64,000 nt of DNA from an uncultured Gemmatimonadaceae bacterium (GTDB taxonomy: Bacteria; Gemmatimonadota; Gemmatimonadetes; Gemmatimonadales; Gemmatimonadaceae), in NCBI GenBank assembly GCA_963822945.1, contig CAWGJO010000021.1, forward strand, positions 160,001 to 224,000, written 5' to 3'. A program made the translations under genes and the position numbers. The notes beneath the pieces are model-generated. The model saw only the letters and a list, made by a program, of their open reading frames with translations, was not told the origin of the DNA and did not search any database. Each line of letters begins with the position of its first letter. Position 1 is the stretch's first letter. Below are positions 30,721 through 41,699 of the stretch, in pieces.

Positions 30721-32489
30721 GGCGACGCGACGTCCGGCTTCTTGCCGATCTGCACCAGCCGCTCGTTTTGGATCTGCTGAGCCTTGTCCGGATCCACGTA
30801 GTCGCTGTGACAGACGGCCTTGTCGTGATCGCCGCCCACGGCCTTTCGCGTCTTGTTGGCCAGGCGGTGGATCTCCTCCGGCGACAGCACGCCGCGCTTT
30901 TCCAGCGTGGCCTTCTGCTCCGGGCTGAGCGCCGCGCTCTTCAGCACGCGCTCGCGCTCGAAGCCGTCGGCCTTGCCGCTGTGAAACTCCACGATCTCTT
31001 TCGAGATGCGCACGGAGCACCAATCGTGGCCGCACATGGCGCAAAAGTCCGTGTCCACGTCCATGTCTTCGTCGTGCAGCGCCCGCGCGTAGTCGGTATC
31101 GAAGGCCAGATCGAAGTGCTTCTCCCAGTTGAGCGCCGCACGGGCCTTGGTCAGGTCGTCGTCCCAATCGCGCGTGCCCGGAATGCCCAGCGCCACGTCC
31201 GCCGCGTGGGCGGCGATCTTGTAGGCGATGCAGCCTTGCTTCACGTCGTCCCGCTTGGGCAGCCCCACGTGCTCCTTGGGCGTGACGTAACAGAGCATGC
31301 TGGCGCCGTGGTACGCCGCCGCCGTCGCGCCGATGCAGCTCGTGATGTGGTCGTAGCCGGGGAACACGTCCGTCACCAGCGGCCCGAGCACGTAGAACGG
31401 CGCGCCGTGGCACAGGCGCCGCTCGAGCTTCATGTTGTATTCGATCTGATCGAAGGGCACGTGGCCCGGCCCCTCGATCATGACCTGCACGCCCTTCTTC
31501 CACGCGCGCTCGGTCAGCTCGCCCAGGGTGGACAGCTCCTCGAGCTGCGCCTGGTCCGTCGCGTCCGCCAGGCCCCCGGGGCGCAGGCCGTCACCCAAGG
31601 AGAACGAGACGTCGTACTCGCGCATCACGTCGCAGATGTCCTCGAACAGGGTGTACATGGGGTTCTCGGCCTTGTGGGTGAGCATCCACTTGGCCAACAG
31701 CGAGCCGCCCCGGCTCACGATGCCGATCAAGCGCTTCTGCACCAGCGGCAAGTGTGCGCGCAGCACGCCGGCGTGGATCGTGAAGTAGTCCACGCCCTGC
31801 TTCGCCTGGTGGCGCAGGGTGTCGAGGATGACTTCCTTGGTCAGCTCCTCGATCTTGCGCCCGATGATCATCGAGTAGATGGGCACCGTGCCGATGGGAG
31901 CATTGGACGCGCGGATGATGGCGTCCCGACAGGCGTCCAAATCGCCACCGGTGGACAGATCCATCACCGTGTCCGCGCCCCAGCGCACGGACCAGCGCAT
32001 CTTCTCGACCTCTTCGTCCGTACCGCTGGACACCGGCGAGGCGCCCAGGTTCGCGTTGATCTTGGTGCGGCTCGCGCGCCCGATGCACATCGGATCGAGC
32101 TGGTAGCCAAGGTGCACGCGGTTGGCCGGGATGATCATGCGACCGGCAGCCACCTCGTCACGCACCTGCTCCGCGGAGAGGTGCGGCTCGCGCTCGGCGA
32201 CGCGCTTCATCTCCGGCGTGACGATGCCCAGGCGCGCGTGCTCCAGCTGGGTGATCGGAACGAAGCCCTCCGGCGCCACGGCGAAGCCGTTCGCACCGCG
32301 GGTCCAGCCTTCAGGCAGGAAGTCCCAGGCCGTCTTGTCGCTGGGCGCCGGCATGCCGGGAGTGTCCGGGGACGAGAACGCCAAGGCTCCGCCGACGTCC
32401 GCGCCCAGGGCAAACGAACCGGGCGTCGTTCCCTCACTCGTGGTGGAGGGGTTCTTCGCGCCACGAAGCGGCAAGGACCAAGCGGGCAT
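30717..32489 (-). CDS. thiC: phosphomethylpyrimidine synthase ThiC
   Basis: [52 protein letters not shown] Fe-S motif. Confidence 0.97.
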   Translation of the reverse strand: MPAWSLPLRGAKNPSTTSEGTTPGSFALGADVGGALAFSSPDTPGMPAPSDKTAWDFLPEGWTRGANGFAVAPEGFVPITQLEHARLGIVTPEMKRVAEREPHLSAEQVRDEVAAGRMIIPANRVHLGYQLDPMCIGRASRTKINANLGASPVSSGTDEEVEKMRWSVRWGADTVMDLSTGGDLDACRDAIIRASNAPIGTVPIYSMIIGRKIEELTKEVILDTLRHQAKQGVDYFTIHAGVLRAHLPLVQKRLIGIVSRGGSLLAKWMLTHKAENPMYTLFEDICDVMREYDVSFSLGDGLRPGGLADATDQAQLEELSTLGELTERAWKKGVQVMIEGPGHVPFDQIEYNMKLERRLCHGAPFYVLGPLVTDVFPGYDHITSCIGATAAAYHGASMLCYVTPKEHVGLPKRDDVKQGCIAYKIAAHAADVALGIPGTRDWDDDLTKARAALNWEKHFDLAFDTDYARALHDEDMDVDTDFCAMCGHDWCSVRISKEIVEFHSGKADGFERERVLKSAALSPEQKATLEKRGVLSPEEIHRLANKTRKAVGGDHDKAVCHSDYVDPDKAQQIQNERLVQIGKKPDVASP

Positions 32490-32534
32490 CGGTTTCTCCT
32501 TCTTCTCTTCCGGAAGGAGCGACGCCGCTGTCAG

Positions 32535-32620
32535 CGTCGCTTCCCTCCGCCGGTATGAGCCGGATCAGGTTCCACGGGTTCGTCTCAGCGGCCCTGTCGG
32601 TGGCCGCGCCCCGAGCGACC
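32535..32620 (-). promoter_or_regulatory. TPP riboswitch
   Basis: Minus strand GGGG..GCTGAGA..ACCCGTGGAACCTGATCCGGCTCATACCGGCGGAGGGAA with P1 GTCGCT/AGCGAC, directly upstream of thiC. Confidence 0.93.
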
Positions 32621-32763
32621 GGCGGAATGTAGACCCAAACCTCACCCCGCGGAAGGCCTGCCCCGGCACAGCCCGGATTTGACTGATTTTGTCGGTCCAT
32701 CGCGGAAGCCCCCTGACGCGGCGCGCGATTGACGGCCTTTGTCTCGCCAGACACGATCCAGTC

Positions 32764-33951
32764 ATGCGTTGGGTCGCTTTCTTGTTCGTGGGCGGAATCA
32801 TTGCAGCGTGCAGCGCCAGCAGCGGCGGCGGTGGCACCGGCGGCGGCGGCGGCTCCGCTGCCAGCTCCGGCAACGGCGGCAGCGGCGCGATCATGACCGG
32901 CGGCAACGGCGGCTCCTCGGGCACCACGCCGCTGGGCGACGCGGCCTGCGCCACCTCCAGCACCAACGGTCAGCGCACACCGTTGGACATGTTCATCGTG
33001 TTCGACAAATCGGGCTCCATGGACACGCCGACCAGCGGCGGCCAGTCGCTGTGGGACGCTACAAAGGGGGCGTTCCTCCAGTTCATCAACAGCCCCGACA
33101 GCGATGGCATCGGCGTGGGCCTGGAGTTCTTCCCACCGGGTAACGGCTCGAGCGCCAACTGTGCGCTACCGCCCTGCCAGGCCGGGTGCATCCCCTTCGG
33201 CCCCCTGTGCGTTCCCGACGGCAACGAGGCTTGTTCGCTCAACGACTACCTGCCCCCGGTGGTGGTGATCCAGCAACTGCCCAGCGTGGCCAGCCAAGTC
33301 GCCGCCGCGCTGAACGCGACGTCGCCCGGCGGAAACACGCCCACGGTGCCGGCGATGCAGGCCGCGGCGCAGGCCACCACCGCGTACGCGAAGCAAACGC
33401 CGGAACGCAAGGTCATCATCGTGCTGGCCACGGACGGTAATCCCAACGAATGCAACAGCGACACCGCTGGTGTTCAGCAAGTCGCGGCTGCCGCACTTGC
33501 CAGCAATCCCCCCGTAGCCACCTTCGTGATCGGCATCAACAACAGCGGCGTGAACACCGCCGACCTCGACAAGATCGCCCAATCCGGTGGCACCAGCGCG
33601 GCGCTGATCGTGGATCCCGCCAACGCCGGCAAGGAATTCCTGGACGCCATCAAGGCGATCCAGGGCGCCGCCCTGGGCTGCACCTTCAAGGTGCCGCCGC
33701 CACCGCCGGGCGAGACGATCAATCCGAAGAAAGTCAACGTCTGGCACACGCCCACCGGCGGCAGCGAGGAGCTGATCTACAACGTGGCGAACGCCGCCTC
33801 CTGCGACCCGAACCTCGGTGGCTGGTACTACGACAATCCGGCGGTCCCCACGGAGATCGTGCTCTGCCCCGTGAGCTGCAACGCCATCGGCGGGACCGAC
33901 GGCGAGGTCCGCGTCGAGCTCGGCTGCGACACTGCCCCCATCCCGAAGTAA
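32764..33951 (+). CDS. vWA-domain lipoprotein (CglB-like architecture)
   Basis: IAAC lipobox; MIDAS FDKSGSM, GNTPT, LATDGNP; GWYYDNP C-domain. Confidence 0.85.
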   Translation: MRWVAFLFVGGIIAACSASSGGGGTGGGGGSAASSGNGGSGAIMTGGNGGSSGTTPLGDAACATSSTNGQRTPLDMFIVFDKSGSMDTPTSGGQSLWDATKGAFLQFINSPDSDGIGVGLEFFPPGNGSSANCALPPCQAGCIPFGPLCVPDGNEACSLNDYLPPVVVIQQLPSVASQVAAALNATSPGGNTPTVPAMQAAAQATTAYAKQTPERKVIIVLATDGNPNECNSDTAGVQQVAAAALASNPPVATFVIGINNSGVNTADLDKIAQSGGTSAALIVDPANAGKEFLDAIKAIQGAALGCTFKVPPPPPGETINPKKVNVWHTPTGGSEELIYNVANAASCDPNLGGWYYDNPAVPTEIVLCPVSCNAIGGTDGEVRVELGCDTAPIPK

Positions 33952-33969
33952 CCGGGAGCCGCGCCAACC

Positions 33970-34971
33970 TCAAGTAACGTCGCGCATCAGCGCCGCGAGC
34001 GCCGCGCGTGAGCGAACACCGATCTTCTGCATGGCGCGCGACAGCGTGGCCGCGACGTTTCCCATGGAGATGCCCAGCTCGTAGGCGATTAGTTTGTTCG
34101 CATGTCCGGCTGCGGCCAGCGTCACGACTTGGCGTTCGCGTTGCGTGAGCCGGAGAGGTTTAGTGAGGCGCGGAGCATTCTTGACGGCCACGACGAACCG
34201 GCGTCCATCGCTGTCAAAGCGGTCGACGAGCGTCCAACGTCCGTCGACCAGCGCCCGCCAGAGCTCCAAGGCCCTCTCGGCGTCGTTGTGTCGCAGTGCG
34301 CCCCGTGCCCGATCGATGCGCACGGCCGCTTCGCGCAGGAGCTCTCGAGCGTCGCCGTGCTTCGCGGGGCCGACGGCGTGCTGGACGGTGCCCTGCGGGT
34401 CGAGGATGGCTGCTGCTTCGGCCAAAGGATCGAACGAGGCTCCCTCGCGCAGCGCGCAGCGCAGCCGGTACGCGGCGGCGAGGTGCATCGTGATGCGCGA
34501 CCAGGTATCGCGCAGCCGCGGATCCGGTCGCCGCCCGGAACCGAGCGCGGCACCGACCACCACGCCGCGACCGTCGCCGATGGCGCCGGTCGCCGCCAGG
34601 CCGTCGGTCATGCCGGTTTGGAGCGCCACCGCTGCCTTGGGCAGCTTGGTCGGATCGAATCCGAGTCGCTCCGTCGCTGTCGCGAAGTAGGGTGTGCGGG
34701 GATACAAGGCCCGGTTGACCTCTGCGGGGAGGCTGCGCGTGAAGGTATCCGCCCCTGCGGTCATTTCGTCGTCCACACCCTTGAGAGCACGGCTACCCAG
34801 GAGGAACTTCGCCGGATCGCGGAGGTCGTACTCGTAGGCGAAGACGCCGAGTCCGTGATCGAGGGACGGGTGGGCGAGCTCGACGATGCGCTCGAGCCAG
34901 GATTGGGGATCTTGATCGAGGGAGTAAGCGGCCTCGACGACCGCAATCGGATCGGTGCGGCGTTTGCTCAA
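33970..34971 (-). CDS. LuxR-type HTH regulator, paralogue of 16448..17437
   Basis: Shared WRALVDGRW(T/S)LVDxFDSDGRRF motif before the HTH. Confidence 0.85.
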   Translation of the reverse strand: MSKRRTDPIAVVEAAYSLDQDPQSWLERIVELAHPSLDHGLGVFAYEYDLRDPAKFLLGSRALKGVDDEMTAGADTFTRSLPAEVNRALYPRTPYFATATERLGFDPTKLPKAAVALQTGMTDGLAATGAIGDGRGVVVGAALGSGRRPDPRLRDTWSRITMHLAAAYRLRCALREGASFDPLAEAAAILDPQGTVQHAVGPAKHGDARELLREAAVRIDRARGALRHNDAERALELWRALVDGRWTLVDRFDSDGRRFVVAVKNAPRLTKPLRLTQRERQVVTLAAAGHANKLIAYELGISMGNVAATLSRAMQKIGVRSRAALAALMRDVT

Positions 34972-35178
34972 GCGCTAGACCCCGCTACTCGAGCACTCGC
35001 CATGAGCCGCCCCCTCGCAGCGCACGAACACCCCAATGTCTTCCTGCGACACGACCAACCGACCTACCGTACCGCAAACGGCGGCCGCTCGTCGACGAAG
35101 AGTGCCATGCCGCATTTCGCTTCGAGCTCGACCGCCTTCCGGCGCTGGGGTTGAACGTCGCGAGGGGCGGGAGGTGGC

Positions 35179-35276
35179 GAAGCAGTTGCGCGCACAGGGC
35201 CCACCCCCCCGAGGTCGGTACGCCCTTTGGAAGCGGCTCGCCTCGGGGTCCGTGCGCGTCAAATTGCAACTGCTTC
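35179..35276. other. 98-nt nested inverted repeat (candidate structured RNA)
   Basis: GAAGCAGTTGC/GCAACTGCTTC, GCGCAC/GTGCGC and CCCCGAGG/CCTCGGGG nested arms. Confidence 0.5.
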
Positions 35277-35492
35277 AGGTCGTTTTTACGGAAGCCGCGA
35301 CGCGATATCCATGGTCAATTTATTTGGCTCTCCTCACATCTTCGTGGATGCGCTGTTCGAGAGCGCGATGTCGACGATGGGGCCGGCGTCCCCGAAATCC
35401 GACGCATCCTTCATGACGGCGTTAGCCGTGCAGAGAAACCGGCCGGCGCCGGCCGGTTGACTCGCACCAGTGCGTCTAGCTTTCATGACCAC

Positions 35493-35681
35493 ATGAAGGT
35501 CGCGTTCTTGTTCGCCGCGCTAACGCTGGGCTGTACCCCATCGAAAGGAGCCGACACTCCCGCGAAAGTCCACGCGGACTCGGCCGAAACCTACCAGACC
35601 GAGGGCCAGTCCGACTCCACATCGAACACGGAGTCCGAATCCGAGGGGGAGACGGACGGCGAATCCGACCACGGCCCCTGA
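35493..35681 (+). CDS. 62-aa acidic mini-lipoprotein
   Basis: MKVAFLFAALTLGC followed by an S/E/D-rich tail. Confidence 0.6.
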   Translation: MKVAFLFAALTLGCTPSKGADTPAKVHADSAETYQTEGQSDSTSNTESESEGETDGESDHGP

Positions 35682-35786
35682 ACGTTCTCCACCAACCTTG
35701 CCAGGGTCGGTCCACTCGAGCTGTCGACCTCCCTCGTGTCGTCGCGTTCCTTGCCGCCGTGTCCAAACGGCGAGAAGCTTCGAAGC

Positions 35787-37304
35787 ATGTGCTCCGCAAC
35801 GCTCCGAAGCGTCACAGGAAGTGCAGTCGCGCTCGCCCTCATGTGCGTCGGCTGCGGCGGCTCGGACGACAGCGCCTCGGGCGCCGGGCAGCCCCCGCCA
35901 CACATCGAAGCGAGCGGCTGCGACCTCCCGCCGCCCCCCGATCTCGGGAGCCTTCCGACTCACACCGTTGGTGACGGCACCGCCGCCAGTTGCGACGAGG
36001 GCGCGCTCCAGGTCGCCCTCGACACGGGTGGTCTGGTCGACTTCGACTGCGGCAGCGAGCCCGTGCTCATCGCGGTCAGCTCGACGCTGCTGGCCAAGGG
36101 CGGCACGCATCTCGACGGCGGCGGGCGCGTGACGCTGGATGGCGGTGACGCGGTCGGCATCCTGCGCACGGACAACAGCTCGACGGTGATCGTCGAAGGG
36201 CTGACGTTCCAGCACGGGCACGCCAAGAAAGTCGCTGGCGTCGACGACGCTGACGGCTCGGGGGGAGCCATCCACCGCGGCTGGCAGTCGAACCTGTACG
36301 TGAAAGATTGCGCTTTTCTCGGCAATGTGGCCGATGGCGACGACGGCAACAATGGCGGCGCCATCTTCGCGGGCTCCGCGGGGTGGCTCACAGTCGTGGG
36401 CAGCACCTTCGACGGAAACCGCGCGCCGAGCGGGGGAGCCACGCACACGGTGCTCTCGGACCTCACCGTCGTGGACAGTGTGTTTCACGCCAACGAGGCC
36501 ACGAGCGGCGACGGTGGTGGCATCTACACCGATGGTGCGTACGTCCCGTATCAGGGGCAGAACGGGGTCAACGATGGCAAGATCGTCATCTGCGGGACCC
36601 GTTTCATCGACAACGTCGCTTCGAGCAGCGCCGCGGCGGGCTTCTTGTACGCCTACGGACAAGATCAGCTCGTCATCAACCGTGCCGAGTTTCGTGGCAA
36701 CCGCGTGACCACGGACAGCCCCGGGCTCGCCGGAGCCATTCGCATCGACGCCGTAGCCTTCGTCAACAACAGCCTGTTCGCCGACAACGACACCGCCGGT
36801 CAGGGGGGAGCGCTGTGGATGGGGCGCGGCCCTGCAACCTTCGAGAACGTGACGTTTTTCGCCAACCACGCAGCGAAGTGGGGCGGCGCCATCTCATACG
36901 ACACCAAGCCCATCACGCTCCTCAACTGTACGTTGGCGTACAACGTCGCCGACGAGGGCAGCGACGGTCTCTTCGGTGCCGCGGACTCCGCGCCGCTGGT
37001 CAAGAACTCGATCTTCTACGAAAACGGAGCCGACGGCGACAACCGCCACTGCCGGCGCGCCATCAATGCGTCGAGCACCATCGCGTATCCCGCGTCGGAC
37101 ACGGACACCTGTGGCGCCGCCTTGGTCCACTCCGACCCGCTGCTCGCCAGCGATCTCGCCGACAACGGCGGCTTCACGCAGACCCTCGCCTTGGCGGCCG
37201 GCAGTCCGGCCCTCGGGGCGGGCACCGATTGTCCGGCGACCGATCAGCGCGGCGAGCCCCGCAACCCGGCGAGCTGTGATCTCGGCGCCTTCGAGCTGCC
37301 CTGA
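35787..37304 (+). CDS. beta-helix lipoprotein with GGAI/FxxN repeats and choice-of-anchor-Q-like C-terminus
   Basis: CVGC lipobox; GGAIH/GGAIF/GGGIY repeats; LADNGGFTQTLAL...TDQRG...CDLGAFE. Confidence 0.8.
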   Translation: MCSATLRSVTGSAVALALMCVGCGGSDDSASGAGQPPPHIEASGCDLPPPPDLGSLPTHTVGDGTAASCDEGALQVALDTGGLVDFDCGSEPVLIAVSSTLLAKGGTHLDGGGRVTLDGGDAVGILRTDNSSTVIVEGLTFQHGHAKKVAGVDDADGSGGAIHRGWQSNLYVKDCAFLGNVADGDDGNNGGAIFAGSAGWLTVVGSTFDGNRAPSGGATHTVLSDLTVVDSVFHANEATSGDGGGIYTDGAYVPYQGQNGVNDGKIVICGTRFIDNVASSSAAAGFLYAYGQDQLVINRAEFRGNRVTTDSPGLAGAIRIDAVAFVNNSLFADNDTAGQGGALWMGRGPATFENVTFFANHAAKWGGAISYDTKPITLLNCTLAYNVADEGSDGLFGAADSAPLVKNSIFYENGADGDNRHCRRAINASSTIAYPASDTDTCGAALVHSDPLLASDLADNGGFTQTLALAAGSPALGAGTDCPATDQRGEPRNPASCDLGAFELP

Positions 37305-37313
37305 GCGGTGCCG

Positions 37314-38369
37314 ATGTTTGAACGCCAGCTGCCCGCCGTCTTCGGCCTGCTGCTGCCACTGGTCATCTGGCAGTGTGCGCGTCAACCTGCGCCCCAGCCC
37401 CTGCAGGCGCCTCCGCCCGCGGCTCGAGTGCCGTCGGTCGTGGAGCCTTCTCGGTCCGAGAGCCCGCCCGCGGCCTCGTCCGAATCGGTGGCGTCGCCGC
37501 CGCGGGTAGACCCGTTGCCTCCGCCCGCAGACCTCACCGATCCTGCGGCGAAGGAGAAGTTCGCGTTCGCGAGCACGGTCTGCGCCGTCGCGCTTCGGGG
37601 CAGCGGCCCCAAGCTCGAGATCGGCTGTCGCGAATGCCCGCCGTTCGAAGGCAAAGCAGCACAGCCCGATGGTCAGGTCGTGCGCGATCCGCCAGCGTTC
37701 TTCCCGCTGGAGTTCCTGGTGCACGGCGCGTTCACGCGGGCAGGGACTGACGAAGCCGCCGCTGTCTTCTCCGGCTGCGAGTCGCACGCGGAGAACTGGG
37801 GCGGCACGCTGCTCGCGAAGCGCGACGGCAATGCCTGGCGAGCCGTCGAGTACCGCTCGGGCGTGCACCCAGAGAGCTGCAAACCGTTCCGGCGTCCGGA
37901 CGGCCGCGATCTGCTCGTATGCCGTTGGGTCGATGGGCACCAGAGCTTCTGGCATGATCGGTTGTTCAGCTACGACTGGGCCCAGCCCGACGGATCAGAG
38001 GCCGCGTGGAGGTCCATCATGGAGCTCGACGACAACACGGCGGGGGCCTGCTTCCTGGGCACGACGCCAGGGATGGAGGTGACGCGCGGGACCATCGAGA
38101 GCTTCGACTTTTCGGATGTCGACCACGATGGGCACGAGGAGTTGATCGTGCGGGTGTCACACGCGAAGTCCTCGGTCGGAGCGGCGTTTCGTTCGTGGTG
38201 CGCGCGCGCGGTGCGTGCGCTGGACAAGAATGCTCCCATGCCGCCACTCGGAAGCGCGGCGGGAAGGACGCTGAAGCACCAGCTCGTGTTCGAGCTCGCG
38301 GGCGATGCATTCGTGCCCGACAGCGCCAGTGCCAGGCTGCTTTCCAGCTTCGTGCCCGCGGGACCCTAG
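37314..38369 (+). CDS. hypothetical lipoprotein
   Basis: Hydrophobic leader ending WQC; DVDHDGHEEL loop. Confidence 0.6.
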   Translation: MFERQLPAVFGLLLPLVIWQCARQPAPQPLQAPPPAARVPSVVEPSRSESPPAASSESVASPPRVDPLPPPADLTDPAAKEKFAFASTVCAVALRGSGPKLEIGCRECPPFEGKAAQPDGQVVRDPPAFFPLEFLVHGAFTRAGTDEAAAVFSGCESHAENWGGTLLAKRDGNAWRAVEYRSGVHPESCKPFRRPDGRDLLVCRWVDGHQSFWHDRLFSYDWAQPDGSEAAWRSIMELDDNTAGACFLGTTPGMEVTRGTIESFDFSDVDHDGHEELIVRVSHAKSSVGAAFRSWCARAVRALDKNAPMPPLGSAAGRTLKHQLVFELAGDAFVPDSASARLLSSFVPAGP

Positions 38370-38430
38370 CGCCTTGCCGACGGCACGCATCCACCTCCCT
38401 CTCCCGCCGGCCGGTGCTACCGTGAGCTTC

Positions 38431-39667
38431 ATGCTCCGGCGCGCCTTCCCGTTGCTGCTGTCGGCCCTGGCTCTCGCGTGCGGCGCTCGCGAACCCGCCA
38501 AGTCCGAGCCCGGCACCGTGCGCGCCTGTCCCACCGCAGAAGAGTGCCAAAAGCGCTGCGACGCGGACGACCCGACGGCTTGCTACGTGCTCTTGGTGCT
38601 CGCGGAAAAAGGCGTGGCGGACAAGCCCCGCGCCCAGGCCGCGGCGGAGCAACTGGGCAAGCTGTGCGACAAGCGGGACGGCGTGGCCTGCCAGCTCCTG
38701 GCTGCCGCCCATGCCGAAGGCACCAGCGTGCCCAAGAACATGGCCGTTGCGGTCGCTGCGCTGGCGCGAGCCTGCGAGCTCGGCCGCTTCGTCGCTTGTT
38801 CCGGCGCGGGCTCGGCGATGCGCCACGGCCCGACGCGAGACACCAAGCGAGCCCGCGAGCTATTGACTCGTGGCTGCCAGGCCGCGGACGGGGCGAGCTG
38901 CAGCGAGCTGGCCAACATGGAGCGCTACGGCGAAGGCGCCCCCACCAACGTGAAGCACGCGGTGGAGCTGTACGAGCGCGGCTGCAAGCTCGGGGACGCA
39001 GCCGCGTGCGGCAACCTGGCTACGATGTTTCACACCGCCGAAGGCGTACCCAAGGACATGGCGCACGCAGCCCAGCTCTACGACCAGGCGTGCAACGGCG
39101 GCCTACTGCTCGCCTGCACCAGCCTCGGGGTCGTGCTGGCCAGCGGCGAAGCGGGCAAAAAGGATCCGGTACGTGCCGTGAAGCTCTTGCGCCGCGCCTG
39201 CAAGGCAGATCACGCGCCGGCGTGCGCGTACCTGGCCACGCTCCTGTACCAAGGCGAAGGCACCCAGAAGAACGTCGCGGAGGCCGTGCTGCTTGCTCCA
39301 TCGCACCTGTGACAAGAACATCGCCGAGAGCTGCACCCTGCTCGGCAGCATTCTGGCTCAGGGCAAAGGCGTACCCGCGGATCCGTCGGCTGCGGCGCAG
39401 GCCTTCGAGCGGGCCTGCGACCAAGGCGACATGATGGCGTGCACTGGCCTCGGTGCGCTGCTGATGGCCGGCGCCGGCGTGGACAAGAACGAAGACCGCG
39501 CGCTGTCGCTGTTCATCCGTGCGTGCGACGCGAACCGCGCGGATGCCTGCTTCCGCTTGGGCGCGGTCTACACGCTGCAGAAGCAGGACGCGCTGGCCCG
39601 CGAAATGTTCGACAAAGCCTGTCAGCTTGGCGACCAGCGCGGCTGCGCACAGCTTCAAAGCCCATGA
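38431..39667 (+). CDS. Sel1/HcpA-like Cys-rich repeat lipoprotein (frameshift ~39290)
   Basis: ALAC lipobox; repeated ACxxGxxxACxxLxxxxxxGxGxxKD units across two frames. Confidence 0.85.
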
Positions 39668-39773
39668 CGCATCGCGTGGTCACGCAACACCACACGAAAT
39701 TTCCAATTGGGCTCAACGGACACCCGTCATGCGGGACGACCGGCCGGCCGCTCACAGTGGTATGGACCCGTTC

Positions 39774-41633
39774 ATGCGCGGGCTCTTTCGATGGATATCC
39801 ATCCTTCCACTTCTCGGTGCCGTCGCGGCTTCCTGCTCGGCGACGAGCAGCGACGACAACAACAACGGCGGCAACGGCGGCAACGGCGCCTCTTCCGGTT
39901 CCGGCGGCCAAGACGGCGGCGCGACCTGCGGCTTCTGCGCGGCGAACCTATACACGCCGTGCGAAAACGGTCAGCCGGGCACCACGATCGACTGTCCCGA
40001 GGCGTGCGCCCCGAACTTGGGCTGCGTGAAATGCGTGCCCGGCTCGAAGTCTTGCGTCGGCAACGAAGTGCACAAGTGCAGCGCCGACGGGACGAACACC
40101 GACGAGCTGGTGGAAACCTGCGACGTTCAGAACGGGCTGGTGTGCTCCAAGGGTAAGTGCAGCGACGCCTGCCAAGTCGCGGAGGATCAGCCCTCGAACG
40201 TGGGCTGCGAGTTCTGGGCGGTCGATCTGGATCAGCAAGATGGTCTCAACGATCCGGCCAGCGCCCCCTGGGGCGTCGTGCTGTCCAACGCCAGCCAGAT
40301 GCAGGCCAACGTCACCATCGAGCTCAACTCGGCACCAGTCGGCCAACCGCCCACGCCGCAGACCGTCAAACAGATCAGCGTGGCACCGGGCAGCCTGGAA
40401 ACGGTCATTTTGCCCACCCGCGAGCTGGATTGCGGCGTGAAGCCGAACGACTACGGATCCCCGGGCACTTGCCTGTCGTCCAACGCGTATCGGATCACGT
40501 CATCGGCGCCGATCGTCGTGTACCAGTTCAACGTGTTCGAGAACGCATTCTCCAACGACGCTTCTCTGCTGCTGCCCACCAATGCCCTCGGCAAGATTTA
40601 TCGCGTCATCGGCTGGCCGGCAGGCCACCCAACTCCCATCAACTTCCCTGGGATTGGTCTGATCGTCGACCGTTCCTATGTCACGGTGGTCGGCACCCAG
40701 GCCAACACCCAGGTCACCGTGCGACCGAGCTTCCGCATCCGGGGCAATCCGCCCATCGCGGCCACGCCGGCCGGCGGCGACATCGTCGTCACCCTCGGCC
40801 CCTTCGACGTTCTCAATCTGGAGACCGACGACGCCGTGCTGGGCGAACAGGCCGCGGGGGACCTGAGCAGCACCGTGGTGCTCTCCACCGCCCCCGTCGC
40901 CGTGTTCAGCGGTGTGGAAACCACCAGCGCGCCGGGCGAGGTGAAGGTACCCACTCCGCCGGGCTGGGCCAGCGGCGACTCCTGCTGCCTCGACCACCTG
41001 GAAGAGCAGATGTTCCCGGCGGAGTCCCTGGGCAACAACTACGTGATCGCCCGCAGCCCCGTGCGCTCCACCGGCAGCTTCAAGGAGCCCGACGTGCTGC
41101 GCTTCTTGGGCGTGGCCGAAACGGCCAACGTCACCACGACGCTGCCGCCGCCCTACGACAGCTTCACGCTGGCCCCAGGTGAGCTGAAAACGACCTGGAC
41201 CCAGGACGACATCATCGTCACCACGGACAAGCCCATCATGGTCGGCCAGATCCTGGTGAGCAACGAATACGTGGACGGCCCCTACATTGGCGATCCGTCG
41301 CTCACCGTGTTCCCTCCGGTAGAGCAGTACCGCACGGAGTACGTGATCCTCACTCCCCCGAGCTGGACGCAAAACTACGTGGTGATCATCGCCGAAGTCG
41401 GTTCCAGCGTGATCCTGGACGGTAGCGCGACGAGCTGCCCGACCACGCCCTCGGGGACCATCGGCGGCGTCGCCTACGAGTCCCGCCGCTGCCCGCTGGT
41501 CCAGGGCGTGCACAACCTCTCGGGGGACAAACCCTTCGGCATCGTGGCCTACGGCTACGGCAGCGCCGGCTCCTACGCCTTCACTGGCGGCGCCGACGTG
41601 GAACGTATCTACACGCCCCCGCCGATCAAGTAG
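39774..41633 (+). CDS. IgGFc-binding-domain lipoprotein
   Basis: AASC lipobox; SNVGCEFW, SNDASLLLP, DHLEEQMFP, GDPSL, YGYGSAGSY. Confidence 0.85.
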   Translation: MRGLFRWISILPLLGAVAASCSATSSDDNNNGGNGGNGASSGSGGQDGGATCGFCAANLYTPCENGQPGTTIDCPEACAPNLGCVKCVPGSKSCVGNEVHKCSADGTNTDELVETCDVQNGLVCSKGKCSDACQVAEDQPSNVGCEFWAVDLDQQDGLNDPASAPWGVVLSNASQMQANVTIELNSAPVGQPPTPQTVKQISVAPGSLETVILPTRELDCGVKPNDYGSPGTCLSSNAYRITSSAPIVVYQFNVFENAFSNDASLLLPTNALGKIYRVIGWPAGHPTPINFPGIGLIVDRSYVTVVGTQANTQVTVRPSFRIRGNPPIAATPAGGDIVVTLGPFDVLNLETDDAVLGEQAAGDLSSTVVLSTAPVAVFSGVETTSAPGEVKVPTPPGWASGDSCCLDHLEEQMFPAESLGNNYVIARSPVRSTGSFKEPDVLRFLGVAETANVTTTLPPPYDSFTLAPGELKTTWTQDDIIVTTDKPIMVGQILVSNEYVDGPYIGDPSLTVFPPVEQYRTEYVILTPPSWTQNYVVIIAEVGSSVILDGSATSCPTTPSGTIGGVAYESRRCPLVQGVHNLSGDKPFGIVAYGYGSAGSYAFTGGADVERIYTPPPIK

Positions 41634-41644
41634 CCGCGCACGCT

Positions 41645-41699
41645 GATACCGCGCCGTACCAGCATCATTCTTCAGATTTTGTTGGTCCGGCGCGGAACC
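41645..41699. repeat. inverted pair of REP-like motifs
   Basis: 41645-41664 matches the reverse complement of 41680-41699 at 16/20 positions. Confidence 0.65.

Noticed and set aside
30567..32558. Long antisense/alternate-frame ORFs (also 48098..50332, 60380..62617, 7927..9150)
   Set aside because: Shadow ORFs of well-supported genes, expected in high-GC DNA.
35311..35460. 49-aa ORF downstream of the 35.2-kb hairpin
   Set aside because: No clear RBS or recognisable motif; cannot be supported from sequence alone.
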